DNA of 63,642 nucleotides, filler included, from Octopus bimaculoides (GCF_001194135.2; 9 parts of 8 records of this genome joined end to end with filler, not necessarily neighbours in it); one strand, 5' to 3'; counted from the whole stretch's first letter, positions 13,029 through 26,093 are shown. A program made the numbers and translations. Notes: generated by a model not told the origin, from the letters alone.

Positions 13029-13290
13029 GGCGGAAACTCATATTCATGTTGTTTACTGCAACAGGAGGGAGTAGTTAGGTATAAACAGATTAAACCTAGA
13101 AGTAACAGAAAATGGTGTTCCCATAAATAGCACTTAATGTCCGAAACGTGGTTGACGTACCTTTACCAACCACTTATAACGTATCAGTGAATAGAACGGA
13201 GAAAACACGATGCAAATACACAGGAGAAATATAAAAAGAACTGTAAACCTATATACATATATATACTCATACATCTCATACATGTACACA

Positions 13291-13322
<32 letters not shown>

Positions 13323-13591
13323 NNNNNNNNNNNNNNNNNNNNNNNNNNNNNNNNNNNNNNNNNNNNNNNNNNNNNAGAACCTGTTCCAGGGAATATTCCA
13401 TCTTATTATATAATTCTTGTTCCAACTACAGAAATAGCAAACGAGGAGCTTTATAACCACAGAAATGATAAAAGATTGTTTATGTTATTGTTACGGTATC
13501 TTCCATATTAGTTTAAGGTGAGCGTACCCTAACGTCGTTTTGATTATAATAATAATCGATTCTTCCAGTTCGCCTCCTTCATAATAACAAC

Positions 13592-13647
<56 letters not shown>

Positions 13648-13654
13648 TAATAAT

Positions 13655-15055
13655 GATTTCTTTATTAACAACAAGGGTTTACATGAAGAAAAACTTGGAT
13701 AACAGAAGACAAAACAAAAAATGCATGTAAGTGTGTGTGTGTGTGTTTGTAGTTGTGAGGGTTTTGCGTGTAAACAAAACTAACAAAATTGTATATATAA
13801 AAATTCAACAATGTGTGATCCTCAATAAGGATAAGACGGTCGAGGGCTGCTCATGTAAAAAACCTATAAAAATCCATGGGTACCCTGACTTTTAGGGCAG
13901 GTGCCTTTTTCCTCTCCCTTTTTTTCCATCTACAGGCGTATGCTCAGGGCAGGGCCGTTTACTCCCACCATTCTCGCCATTTTCATCTACCTTTCAGCAA
14001 ACTTGCTAGAAGACGACACTTCCCTCTATTTTCCTTTTCAATAGAAACTTGTAAACGTTGATCAGGGATTAGCCAAAGAAAAAATTGCTTGTCTTCAGCC
14101 CCTTCAATCTTGTCCACCATAGAACCTCTTTCGCCATGGCCACCAGGCATATAAACACAGCCTTCCCGTCCCAGTTAAAGGAAAGTCGCCGGTTGATCTT
14201 CACGATGGATGAAGTTGACAGCTAGATCCATCCCACACATGTCAGCAATGCTCGGGCACTGGACGAGTGCATCAAGGACNNNNNNNNNNNNNNNNNNNNN
14301 NNNNNNNNNNNNNNNNNNNNNNNNNNNNNNNNNNNNNNNNNNNNNNNNNNNNNNNNNNNNNNNNNNNNNNNNNNNNNNNNNNNNNNNNNNNNNNNNNNNN
14401 NNNNNNNNNNNNNNNNNNNNNNNNNNNNNNNNNNNNNNNNNNNNNNNNNNNNNNNNNNNNNNNNNNNNNNNNNNNNNNNNNNNNNNNNNNNNNNNNNNNN
14501 NNNNNNNNNNNNNNNNNNNNNNNNNNNNNNNNNNNNNNNNNNNNNNNNNNNNNNNNNNNNNNNNNNNNNNNNNNNNNNNNNNNNNNNNNNNNNNNNNNNN
14601 NNNNNNNNNNNNNNNNNNNNNNNNNNNNNNNNNNNNNNNNNNNNNNNNNNNNNNNNNNNNNNNNNNNNNNNNNNNNNNNNNNNNNNNNNNNNNNNNNNNN
14701 NNNCTCCACACAGCGGGTGTTAACAACAGATAGACCACCTGACAATCGGCATATGGCGACACGCAGCTCCCACAAGCTAGGTCACGTGTGATGCCTCTCA
14801 ATGCCTCCAGTTTGTGTAGTGGTGGCTCGAGAGTCAGTACATACAAGAGAGACGAGAGGGGAAAACCTTGTCGGACCGAGCTCATGATGTTGAATGGCTC
14901 TGAGAGGTGACCGTTCACTCTGACCACTGAACAGATGCCGTTTCATGTTGCAGCGATCCAGCCCCTGAATACAGGTCTGAAACTAGCTACCTTGAAGACC
15001 GCCGCCAGGTAAAGATGGTCGAAATTATCCAAAGCTCTAGACTGATCTAATCGAT
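13655..15055 (-). mobile_element. Tx1/L1-clade LINE, RT to 3' end, spanning a gap
   Basis: VRVNGHLSEPF..SVRQGFPLSSLLY..YAD, ALVQCP and EVLWWTRLKG; ends AATAAAGAAATC followed by (ATT)n. Confidence 0.85.
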
Positions 15056-16489
15056 CGAAGAAGAAGAAGAAGAAGAAGAAGAAGAAGAAGAAGAAGAAGA
15101 AGAAGAAGAAGAAGAAGAAGAAGAAGAAACTCACAAAATTTGTGTTGACATCAAGCGCCCACATTCTTGGGAAGTTNNNNNNNNNNGACATCAAGCGCCC
15201 ACATTCTTGGGAAGTTTCTCTCCGTCTAATTGCCGGGAGATGAAATAAAATGCAAATCAATAATAATAATAATAATAATGATAATTATAATAATAAAGCT
15301 GTCTAATATAGGCACAAGGCCTGAAATTTCGGGGGAGGGAGCTAGTCGATTACATCGAGCCGACCCCGAAAGGATGAAAAGCGAATGTTTACAAATTATA
15401 AAATATAAATGGAACAAATCAGTAAGTACATCAATTGAGTAACTACACATACAGTCGAATGTCTACACAATCATATATATTATTTAATGCCCATACGACA
15501 ACACATACATCCCGATGTTTACACAACTACGTTAAATTTACAGGACACACATACAAGCATATGAAAACACACGTCACAAACCAAGCAAAAAAAAAGAAAA
15601 AACCTTTTTATTTTTCGAACTGACACAGAGTGAACAATTCATAAATTTTAAAACACCACAAAGAACTATGCCCGGAGATAAATCTATCAACAATAAATCG
15701 ATTACAGATCTGTTAGCCGTAAGAAGCTATGTCACGAGCAATTTTTTCATGCAGAGAACTCGGAGGCGGTGTTGTCTCAAAAAATTAACCCTAAACAGAT
15801 ACANNNNNNNNNNNNNNNNNNNNNNNNNNNNNNNNNNNNNNNNNNNNNNNNNNNNNNNNNNNNNNNNNNNNNNNNNNNNNNNNNNNNNNNNNNNNNNNNN
15901 NNNNNNNNNNNNNNNNNNNNNNNNNNNNNNNNNNNNNNNNNNNNNNNNNNNNNNNNNNNNNNNNNNNNNNNNNNNNNNNNNNNNNNNNNNNNNNNNNNNN
16001 NNNNNNNNNNNNNNNNNNNNNNNNNNNNNNNNNNNNNNNNNNNNNNNNNNNNNNNNNNNNNNNNNNNNNNNNNNNNNNNNNNNNNNNNNNNNNNNNNNNN
16101 NNNNNNNNNNNNNNNNNNNNNNNNNNNNNNNNNNNNNNNNNNNNNNNNNNNNNNNNNNNNNNNNNNNNNNNNNNNNNNNNNNNNNNNNNNNNNNNNNNNN
16201 NNNNNNNNNNNNNNNNNNNNNNNNNNNNNNNNNNNNNNNNNNNNNNNNNNNNNNNNNNNNNNNNNNNNNNNNNNNNNNNNNNNNNNNNNNNNNNNNNNNN
16301 NNNNNNNNNNNNNNNNNNNNNNNNNNNNNNNNNNNNNNNNNNNNNNNNNNNNNNNNNNNNNNNNNNNNNNNNNNNNNNNNNNNNNNNNNNNNNNNNNNNN
16401 NNNNNNNNNNNNNNAAAAAAAAAAAAAAAAAACAGTAAGAATAAACGCAACACTCCTACAAGCTTGCAGTTCTCACCAAAACCTGAAAT

Positions 16490-16926
16490 TAATTGGTAAA
16501 TTTCGCGTAAGAGGTTATTTGGTAGACAAGGCTGAAAGGCATGAGGACAGACATACTCCTTTTTCGTAAAGGGTGGAGAGGAAAGTGCTGCCATCGAGTG
16601 GGTTTATTGAAAGGTGGGTGAAAGTTGCGGAAATGGCAAGAGTGGATGCTACTTTTCTAAGTGTAGACCTGTAGGTCGCAAAAAGCGAATTGGACAGGGC
16701 ACTTAGGCCATCCTGTATCAGGAGGACCACTTCACTATCATACCCCCGCCATTTTTACTTTTCTATATTATGTATATTCCCTTCCTTTTCATTGCATACC
16801 GTGTACACCTACTCTTGTTATTTATTTATCTATTTTATCATTTCATTTTATATAAACCTCCTCACTTTGTGTCTGTCTTTGTATTGTTCCCCTCATCCTT
16901 CTCCTTCGTGGCAAATAATTGAAATC
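16490..16926 (+). mobile_element. Tx1/L1-clade LINE 3' fragment
   Basis: TRLKGM..ERKVLPSSGFIERWVKVAEMARV..L*, homologous to the C-terminus at 13.9-14.2 kb; ends GAAATC(ATC)n(ATT)n. Confidence 0.75.
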
Positions 16927-17756
16927 ATCATCATCATTATTATTATTTTCAAGTATCTGTGCTTCTGTTTCTGTACCCTGCCATGGCTGTCCATGCAGAT
17001 TACAAACATATTATCCATCCGGTTGACAAGTTTAAAGATTGGAAATCCTACGCTGAACTTATCTACTGACCTAACAAAGTCCTATTATCGAAATAGGATC
17101 TGTAGCTGTTTGTCGAAGCTCACACTGATACTTCGATTCTTCTACCAAGTCCACCGATACTGTAGAATTTGATCACAGAAATTGTAGTAAATGTAACAGC
17201 TCGATCAATCAACCTTCTTGATTTCTGTGTATTGAACCGTCAAGTGCTTGTGAGTAGAAATTGGTAAAGACTGTAAATATATAAAATTGTTTTCTTGCGA
17301 ACATATTAGAAAAGAACTGAACATGAGACATATCATTAGCTAATCTTTTGGGCGGTGTCGGGCTGGGGAACAGAGAATTATTTAGAATACGTTTGCGTCT
17401 TCATAGAATTAAGAAATCATCAGAATGTCTGCAAGAGACGATTATTTCGTCGCTAATATGATTGCTGTTGATTCTTTATTGATACTGGCACCATGCAGAT
17501 GTCTTAAAACGTGTTACATTATTCGGAGACTTGCACATGTTTTAAGCACACNNNNNNNNNNNNNNNNNNNNNNNNNNNNNNNNNNNNNNNNNNNNNNNNN
17601 NNNNNNNNNNNNNNNNNNNNNNNNNNNNNNNNNNNNNNNNNNNNNNNNNNNNNNNNNNNNNNNNNNNNNNNNNNNNNNNNNNNNNNNNNNNNNNNNNNNN
17701 NNNNNNNNNATACATACATATATATATATACATACATATATACATGTATGCATATA

Positions 17757-19020
17757 CAGGGTGCGATGGGCAAATATTCGCCCCTTCAAATTTTTAATTT
17801 GCGCATGCGCAATGTTTGTTTTTTATCTTGTCGACTACACAGTATAGTAGGGTCAGTTGGGCACTGTCTGTGAGAAAAACAGAACCATCACATAATTCAA
17901 TCTGCCACAAATTTGGAAACGACATGCTGTACTGCTTGGCATTGGTACCGGAAGCTCCACTACGAGCATTTCAGAGTGTTTGGGTGGCAATCTAAGGACA
18001 GTGCAAAAGATTCGGAAAGAGTTGGATGAGCCTAATGGTGATTACGAAGGTACAGCAGCATGGAAAACTCACTCTGAGCGTTCTGATAAGAAAAGAACTC
18101 CTGAATTTGTTGGTGAGATCCAGGCCATGATTGACAACGATCCCTCCAAGTCAATGAGTTTCATCGCCAGGGACATGAGAGTGTCTGAGGCAGGTAGTGC
18201 ATGAAGACATTCGATATTTCTCATGCAAGATGAGAAAGGGTCAATTTTTATCTCAAGGCACCAAGTACAAGATGAAAGACTCAGCTACGAAGCTTTTGAT
18301 GAAACTCAAGCATACTCTCTAAACGTACATGCTTTGTTTTTTTTTTTCCTCAGAAGGGAAAAAGTTTCTGCCAGGATCAGAACAACCGCTAGCTTACTGT
18401 GTCCCCAAAATATGCACCGAAAGTGATAAAAATCTAACATCCAAACAGCATCATGGTGTTTGGAGTGATCACTAGTGATGGCGACGTTATGCCTCCATCC
18501 ATCTTCCCTCACGGCCTCAGACTCAACACAGAGAACTATATCAAGTACCTGGAAGAGGTAGTGCTGTCCTGGATCAAGAAGGTGTCTGTTGGAAGACCCT
18601 GTTTGGCAACAGGATTCTACACCAAGCCACACAAGCAGGATAACCTAGTTATGGCTGTCAGACAATTTCTGCGACCACATGAGCCCTAACATCTGAAAAC
18701 TAACTTCTCAGACTGCAACCTCCTTGATTACTCTGTGTGTAGCGCAGTTGAGAGAGAAATCAAAAAACTCCTTGTAACACCGGAGATGAACTGAAGGCAA
18801 GGATTATGGCAGGATTGACCAACTTAAACATGGAGACTGTCAAAGAAGAATTGCGGGAGTCTGGATGCCGTGGTTGAAGCCAATGGCAATTTTATTGAAT
18901 AAATTTACTCTTTAGTATTTCAAGATATTTTTATGTAATTTTGATAAATACATCTGTTAAAATGAGATGTCTGTTATTTTCATTTTTGCGTAATGCAGAC
19001 AATTTATTCACCGCATCCTA
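17757..19020 (+). mobile_element. Full-length decayed Tc1/mariner element, probably DD37D (maT) type
   Basis: TIRs CAGGGTGCGATGGGCAAATATTCGC and (reverse complement) TAGGATGCGGTGAATAAATTGTCTGC, with TA on both sides; transposase remnants MVFGVITSDGDVMPP, WQQDSTPSH, SDCNLLDY with ~37-aa D-D spacing after correcting a 1-nt deletion. Confidence 0.85.
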
Positions 19021-19939
19021 TATGTATATATATTCTTTTATTCTTTTATTAGTTTCAGTTATGTGTATGCGGCCATGCTGGATCACCGCCTTTAGTCGAA
19101 CAAATCGACCCCACGACTCATCTTTTGTAAGCCAGGTATTATTAGTCTTTTTTGCCGAATCGNNNNNNNNNNNNNNNNNNNNNNNNNNNNNNNNNNNNNN
19201 NNNNNNNNNNNNNNNNNNNNNNNNNNNNNNNNNNNNNNNNNNNNNNNNNNNNNNNNNNNNNNNNNNNNNNNNNNNNNNNNNNNNNNNNNNNNNNNNNNNN
19301 NNNNNNNNNNNNNNNNNNNNNNNNNNNNNNNNNNNNNNNNNNNNNNNNNNNNNNNNNNNNNNNNNNNNNNNNNNNNNNNNNNNNNNNNNNNNNNNNNNNN
19401 NNNNNNNNNNNNNNNNNNNNNNNNNNNNNNNNNNNNNNNNNNNNNNNNNNNNNNNNNNNNNNNNNNNNNNNNNNNNNNNNNNNNNNNNNNNNNNNNNNNN
19501 NNNNNNNNNNNNNNNNNNNNNNNNNNNNNNNNNNNNNNNNNNNNNNNNNNNNNNNNNNNNNNNNNNNNNNNNNNNNNNNNNNNNNNNNNNNNNNNNNNNN
19601 NNNNNNNNNNNNNNNNNNNNNNNNNNNNNNNNNNNNNNNNNNNNNNNNNNNNNNNNNNNNNNNNNNNNNNNNNNNNNNNNNNNNNNNNNNNNNNNNNNNN
19701 NNNNNNNNNNNNNNNNNNNNNNNNNNNNNNNNNNNNNNNNNNNNNNNNNNNNNNNNNNNNNNNNNNNNNNNNNNNNNNNNNNNNNNNNNNNNNNNNNNNN
19801 NNNNNNNNNNNNNNNNNNNNNNNNNNNNNNNNNNNNNNNNNNNNNNNNNNNNNNNNNNNNNNNNNNNNNNNNNNNNNNNNNNNNNNNNNNNNNNNNNNNN
19901 NNNNNNNNNNNNNNNNNNNNNNNNNNNNNNNNNNNNTTT

Positions 19940-20292
19940 TAAACTTCCTTAACGTTACAAATAAATGCATGTCATTTTGATACAATATAAAGGACATAAT
20001 GGAAATTAATATGCACAAGTCAAATTTTGCAACACCACTACATCACATATGAAAAATGACATCGCTTAAATGGCAGCCATTTTCGGTTTTGCACACCCTT
20101 GCTCTTTCCAAAACTTGTACCATGACACCCTCGAGAGATTCAAAACTCACTTCTCTGATTTCTCTATTGATATTCTTCTTTAGTTGCATAAGGGTCTCTG
20201 GTTTGTTGCCGTAAACCCTCTCTTTCAGGTATCCCCACAAAAAAAGAAAAAAATCCGGCCTAATCAAGTCTGTGGAGCGTGGAGGCCATTCA
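19940..20292 (-). mobile_element. Mariner-like transposase C-terminal fragment
   Basis: EWPPRSTDLIRPDFF..LWGYLKERVYGNKPETLMQLK. Confidence 0.8.
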
Positions 20293-20356
20293 AAGTAGAC
20301 CTCACATATACCGCAAGAGAAACAATGTAGTTGCTACGGCAGTACTTTAAAGAGAG

Positions 20357-20455
20357 AATAATCTCCCGCTACGGCAATGTCAGCTGACTTGGTACCCCAG
20401 ACTTGACTAGCCCGGATTTTTTCTAGCGGGGATAGCTAAAATAGAGGGTTATAAC
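20357..20455 (+). mobile_element. Second, inverted fragment of the same mariner-like family
   Basis: CCAGACTTGACTAGCCCGGATTTTTTC..GGGGATAGCTAAAATAGAGGGTT matches the minus-strand fragment. Confidence 0.6.
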
Positions 20456-20579
20456 TTGTAAGTACTCATTCATTTTGCTGTGGGGCATTATGATATAGAT
20501 CTTTCCCTGTTGTGTTGGTAGACATGACAAAGCTGTAATACCATGTTTATAACCTCTCCGTTTTTATAATGTTATGTGC

Positions 20580-22384
20580 TTTGTATACTTATTTTCAACG
20601 AATTATAACAAGATTTAGAGAAGCGAGACACGCAGAAATGCTGTACAAATTTAACGTAAACGATTGTCAAGAATTAGTGTTGCACTGGGATGGAAAGCTC
20701 TTCCCAGCACTCACAGGTGTTGGAAAGGTTGATAGACTGGCAATAATAGTAAATTTTCTAGGCAAGGAGCAATTGTTGGAAGTCCCTGAAATTCCAACAT
20801 CTTCAGGAGAACATCAAACCATGGCTGTTTACCAAGCAGTGGAGTATAACCGACAAAATTCAGGTACTTTGCTGTGATACGACAGCAAGCAACAGAGGTC
20901 GAGTAAATGATGCCTGTACAAATCTATAAAAGTTGTTCAATCGCAACTTGTTGTACTTCCCTTGCCGTCATCACATTTTTGAGTTAGTTTTTAGGAGCTG
21001 TTTCACTCACAGATGGGTGGAACTACTGGTCCAGACATGGCGTTTTTCAAAAGATTTCAAGAAGCCTGGACGAAACTCAACAAGGAGGTTTACATAACTG
21101 GTAGCGATGAAGTGCCTGATGATGTCTGCCCTACCAGTCTTAGATTTCTTGAATACCACCTTTCTACGCAGAAACAACAGCGAAATGATTACAGAGAATT
21201 GTTGGAGTTAACGATGATCCTTCTCGGCGGCATTCTGAAGAATGGGATATTGTTTCGTACATCAGGAGCTGCATGTCATGCTAGGTGGATGCCAAAAGCA
21301 ATTTACGCATTTAAGATATACCTGTTTCAAGATCAATTTCAGTTATTTCCTGGGGAGAAGGACTCTTTAAGAAGAATATGTATATTACTTGCTCGACTGT
21401 ATGTTCGAGCCTGGTTTCTGTCATCAGAAGCAACTAAAGCACTTTATCATGATTTCCTATTTATGCATCAACTGATAAATTATCATTGATCTAGAAATCA
21501 GTAAGGCTGCTGCGAAAAAAATTTCCAACCATCTGACACTTAGCTCCCGAAACCGTGGCTCTATCCATATTTGATGACAAGTTAAATTATGCTGGAAGCA
21601 GACACAGGTGAAGAAGAGGAAGAAGAAAAAAAATCAACTCACCAAAATTACGTTTCTTCGTTTACAAACATCAAGTTTTCGTCTTTTGTAACTCCTGCTA
21701 TAAAAACTTTCTTCACGAGATTTTCTATCAGCATCGATTTCCTCGACCAAGACTCTTCAACATGGGAGGATGATCCTAGTTACGAAAGTGGACTTGAAAA
21801 ACTTGAGGAGACAGTTGTTGTGAATAATCCTGCAGAAAGAGGTGTGAAACTCATTCAGGATTACAATAACATTCTCACAAAAGATGAAACTGAGAAACAA
21901 CTTGTTTTACAGATCGTTACCGAAAACCGTAAAATATACACAACTGCCACTAAATCTTCTCTTATGCAAAAATAATGTTCAATATTCAGTGGTCACTGTT
22001 TACATTATGTTTTTGATTCTATAAAAATAATTGTTGTAAATAAAAATGCATTTCTCTCGCAGACGTTTTGTGCTATATTAAGAAAACCTAATATTTCTTA
22101 AGTTTTTGTCTTATTTCAGGAAATATTCAATTTAGCTATTGGTAAATTTGAATCAAGGGAACAGTATACCGCTTTTGAAAAGAATTAATTGTTGCGTAAG
22201 AATTAATTGTTGCGTAAGAATTAATTGTTGCGCAACTTCAAGACGTTTGAGGGTCGTCTGATATTTGTCTGATTAAGCTGAGATTTTGCACACTCCGTTT
22301 TGATATTTATTGGAACAGGATTAGGAGTTGAGAGCAGCAAATTTTAACTTTCGGAAAATAACCTATTACTAAAAGCCACTCTAA
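20580..22384 (+). mobile_element. hAT-superfamily-like (possibly hATm-type) DNA transposon, 5' end missing, decayed transposase
   Basis: VLHWDGKL, CDTTASN, CRHHIFE (CxxH), ARWMPKAIY and NNPAERGVKLIQDY in order across broken ORFs; candidate right terminus CACTCTAA at 22377-22384. Subgroup assignment is inference. Confidence 0.7.
22180..22232. repeat. 18-bp tandem repeat x3 (AAGAATTAATTGTTGCGT)
   Basis: Seen directly. Confidence 0.9.
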
Positions 22385-22609
22385 ATGTAAATATATAATG
22401 AAGTTTTCGTCTGTGAAATAATCTACAATAGTCTGGATGATAATCAAGTCATCTCCCCTGCCCACTCTTCCTGTGAGGGTCGCGGAGGCAGTGTCCTCCT
22501 TAGGCACCTTCTCAGCAGCATCCTATCAGAAGCAACCCTCATTACAATTTCCTGGCTCCATCTATTTATCTATCTATATATCTATCTATCTATCTATCTG
22601 TCTATCTAC

Positions 22610-22693
<84 letters not shown>

Positions 22694-22819
22694 ATATNNN
22701 NNNNNNNNNNNNNNNNNNNNNNNNNNNNNNNNNNNNNNNNNTTAATTAATTAANNNNNNNNNNNNNNNNNNNNNNNNNNNNNNNNNNNNNNNNNNNNCAT
22801 TGCTCGTTGTTCCAGTCCA

Positions 22820-22925
22820 CTCAGCTGGCAAAAATGGGTAATCCTGCGATGAAGCGGCATCCTGTCCAGGTGGAGAATTTATACGCCGTGGAAACCGGCC
22901 GTTATGAGTCAACATGACTCAAAAA
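22820..22925 (+). mobile_element. SINE fragment with V-domain-like motif
   Basis: GTCCACTCAGCTGGCAAAAATGGGTAA and CCTGCGATG..ATCCTGTCCAGG; related to the tail of 42003-42324. Confidence 0.45.
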
Positions 22926-23379
22926 GGTAAATTTACCAAATACTCACTCATACGTGCATATATGGTGATTGCTCCATCTTCACAGACGATCGCCGTCTCT
23001 TTGTGCTTCCCGTCAATGACATTTCTGAGTTCAAATTCAAAGTTGACCTTGCCTTTCATTCATTCGGAGTCAATAAAATAAGTACCAGTTGAGTACTGGG
23101 GCCGATGTAATTGACTAACACTCCACTCTCCTAATACTTCAGCCTTGTGTCAATAGTAAAAAGAATTTTTACATGCATTGAACTGCATTACAAGATGTAA
23201 CTTCGCGTACGCTTTCTTGATAGATCAGTTTTGCCAGCGTGCATATATTGTTACCGGGTGGGGAATGAATCTCAGACAGATATTTTCTCCGGTAAGGCCC
23301 AGTATTTGCCAGCTGTTTAGTCCTTTCTTACACATGGCCGGACAGGTAGTACCAATGATTCTATCGGATAACTACGGTT

Positions 23380-23620
23380 GCGTTAGAAAGGCAGTGCTGT
23401 GGCTGGAGATGTTAACACTCGTTAAGTGTTTATTACCAAACCTGTACCCCATAAAGAATGTTGGATAGCCGTTATCCATTAACACCCTTTGAAATTGCTT
23501 AGTGTTGACGGTTCTCAATGAAACTTTACAGATGCCGTAACGTGATCATTTTAGGTAATTTTGTTAACTATGAGACAGAATTATTTCCCTTCGTCTGAAG
23601 AGAGATTTATGAGATCCTTA
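23380..23620 (-). mobile_element. Possible decayed Penelope-like RT C-terminal fragment
   Basis: Minus-strand KSLFRR...RVLMDNGYPTFF resembles the PLE L..NGYP motif; heavily broken. Confidence 0.35.
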
Positions 23621-23815
23621 AAGTCATGGGTTTCGTAAGGAGAGAATGGTGACCTGGAAAATCTGGAAGATGAACGGAGTATTACAGTAAAATGGTGAAG
23701 ATATGCTTAAGTCTAGTCTAGTGCTTCACAAAGGAGGGCGGTGGAAAGTTTTATGTGTATTGAGAACAAAGAGGGCGAGCATTTTAAATGCTAGTAACAT
23801 TATTATTATTATTAT

Positions 23816-23875
<60 letters not shown>

Positions 23876-24496
23876 NNNNNNNNNNNNNNNNNNNNNNNNN
23901 NNNNNNNNNNNNNNNNNNNNNNNNNNNNNNNNNNNNNNNNNNNNNNNNNNNNNNNNNNNNNNNNNNNNNNNNNNNNNNNNNNNNNNNNNNNNNNNNNNNN
24001 NNNNNNNNNNNNNNNNNNNNNNNNNNNNNNNNNNNNNNNNNNNNNNNNNNNNNNNNNNNNNNNNNNNNNNNNNNNNNNNNNNNNNNNNNNNNNNNNNNNN
24101 NNNNNNNNNNNNNNNNNNNNNNNNNNNNNNNNNNNNNNNNNNNNNNNNNNNNNNNNNNNNNNNNNNNNNNNNNNNNNNNNNNNNNNNNNNNNNNNNNNNN
24201 NNNNNNNNNNNNNNNNNNNNNNNNNNNNNNNNNNNNNNNNNNNNNNNNNNNNNNNNNNNNNNNNNNNNNNNNNNNNNNNNNNNNNNNNNNNNNNNNNNNN
24301 NNNNNNNNNNNNNNNNNNNNNNNNNNNNNNNNNNNNNNNNNNNNNNNNNNNNNNNNNNNNNNNNNNNNNNNNNNNNNNNNGTCGATAAATTAAGTACCAG
24401 TTGAGTACTGGGGTCAATGCAATCGACTGACTATTCCCCTCCCCCAAATTTCAGGCCTTGTGCCTATACTAGAAAGGACTATCAATTTCTAGAAGA

Positions 24497-24712
24497 CGGC
24501 GAGCTGGCAGAATCGGTAGCACGCCGGACAAAATGCTTAGCGGCATTTCATCCGTCTTTACGTTCTAAGTTCAAATTCCGCCGAGGTCAGCTATACTTTT
24601 CGGGAACCATAAAATAAGTAGTACCAGCTGAGCACTAGGGTCGATACAATCTAATTGTCACCCCTCCCCTAAAATTACTGGCCTTGTGCCAAAATTGGAA
24701 AGAATTATTTAT
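24497..24712 (+). mobile_element. SINE family A (preceded by a partial copy at 24381-24480)
   Basis: GGCGAGCTGGCAGAATCGGTAGCAC head, core and CCTTGTGCCAAAATTGGAA end. Confidence 0.8.
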
Positions 24713-24839
24713 TTCTAAGAGAAAATGAATGTGATTTTCGTTATCAGCATACAAAAAGCTACATCAGCATAGAAATTTGAAAATATGCTAATGAAAATTT
24801 GAAATCCCTCAAATGGTTGAAGGGAATTACACAAGTCCA

Positions 24840-25145
24840 ACTATCACTACAGCTACCATTTTTACCATCATGACTACCACCGCAACCACCACCAAGACCA
24901 CAACCACAACCAAAACCACAACCGTAACCAAAACGAAAACCACAACCAAAACAACAACCAGCACTGTCGCTACCACCACAACCACCGAGACCACATCCAC
25001 CAAAACCACAACCACCAAAACCACAACCACAACCAAAACCACAACCACAACCACCAAAACCACAACCACCACCAAAACCACAACCACCACCAAAACCACA
25101 ACCACCACCACCACCACAACCACCACCAAAACCACAACCACCACC
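24840..25145. repeat. Compound (ACC/ACA/AAA) triplet repeat
   Basis: Recurring ACCACAACCAAA-type units. Confidence 0.85.
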
Positions 25146-25245
25146 NNNNNNNNNNNNNNNNNNNNNNNNNNNNNNNNNNNNNNNNNNNNTTAATTAATTA
25201 ANNNNNNNNNNNNNNNNNNNNNNNNNNNNNNNNNNNNNNNNNNNN

Positions 25246-25430
25246 GATCCATAGGGATCCGTGATATTAAAATTGTAACCTTCTCTTCAGGGAATGCATG
25301 GGAATCATCTTAAATGTAAGACATTATGACCGATTATGAAAACAATAGATGGATAAGGTTATGACTTGATTCATTTGAAAAAAACCGTTAGAGAATTGGA
25401 CGCTGCCGGATAGTGGGTTGGACAACACAT
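25246..25430 (-). mobile_element. Penelope-tail-like repeat with partial hammerhead
   Basis: Colinear with 54745-54930; carries ATTCC-CTGAAGA-GAAG on the minus strand, cut by the gap. Confidence 0.6.
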
Positions 25431-25523
25431 ACATATAAATGTATATACATACAGGCATACATAATTACATATACATATATACACACACACATATATATAT
25501 ATATACACACATATATATACATA

Positions 25524-25563
<40 letters not shown>

Positions 25564-25956
25564 TACACACATACGCCCACATTTACACATATGCACATAC
25601 TTACCTACGCATATACAAATATACACACATGTGTGCATGTCCCCATACACACACATATACATATATATATAGAAATAGAAATAGACACATACACATACAT
25701 ATATATAAGAAAAAGAACTCAAATGTGTTCATATATACATATATACATATAAATATACATATACATCTAGAAACGTCTAGATAGAATAGAGACAGCTGAT
25801 GAAGGGATATTCCAAGTGGCTTTCCGTTTTCCTATGTGTTCGTTCCGTTGTCTGTGGTTTATTGTTCTAACGTCCTGTACCCTGATATGCATCTATATAC
25901 ACATGTAGATGTAAGTATGTACATATATGTGTGTATACATGTATATATATTCTTTG

Positions 25957-26003
<47 letters not shown>

Positions 26004-26022
26004 TACACACACACACATGTGC

Positions 26023-26093
<71 letters not shown>

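Noticed and set aside
15148-15215. ~30-bp direct repeat GACATCAAGCGCCCACATTCTTGGGAAGTT
   Set aside because: The two copies flank a short N gap, typical of contig-end overlap.
22742-22753. TTAATTAATTAA between N runs, recurring near 25190, 31329, 37562, 40247, 51598, 57978 and 60489
   Set aside because: Always isolated inside gaps and gives stops in all six frames, so it is most likely an assembly spacer, not biology.
24813-25193. Thr/Lys-rich mucin-like ORF
   Set aside because: Explained by triplet-repeat slippage; no splice or homology support.
25771-25810. GAAACGTC...CTGATGA as a permuted hammerhead
   Set aside because: Helix I does not pair next to the core and helix II is not supported.
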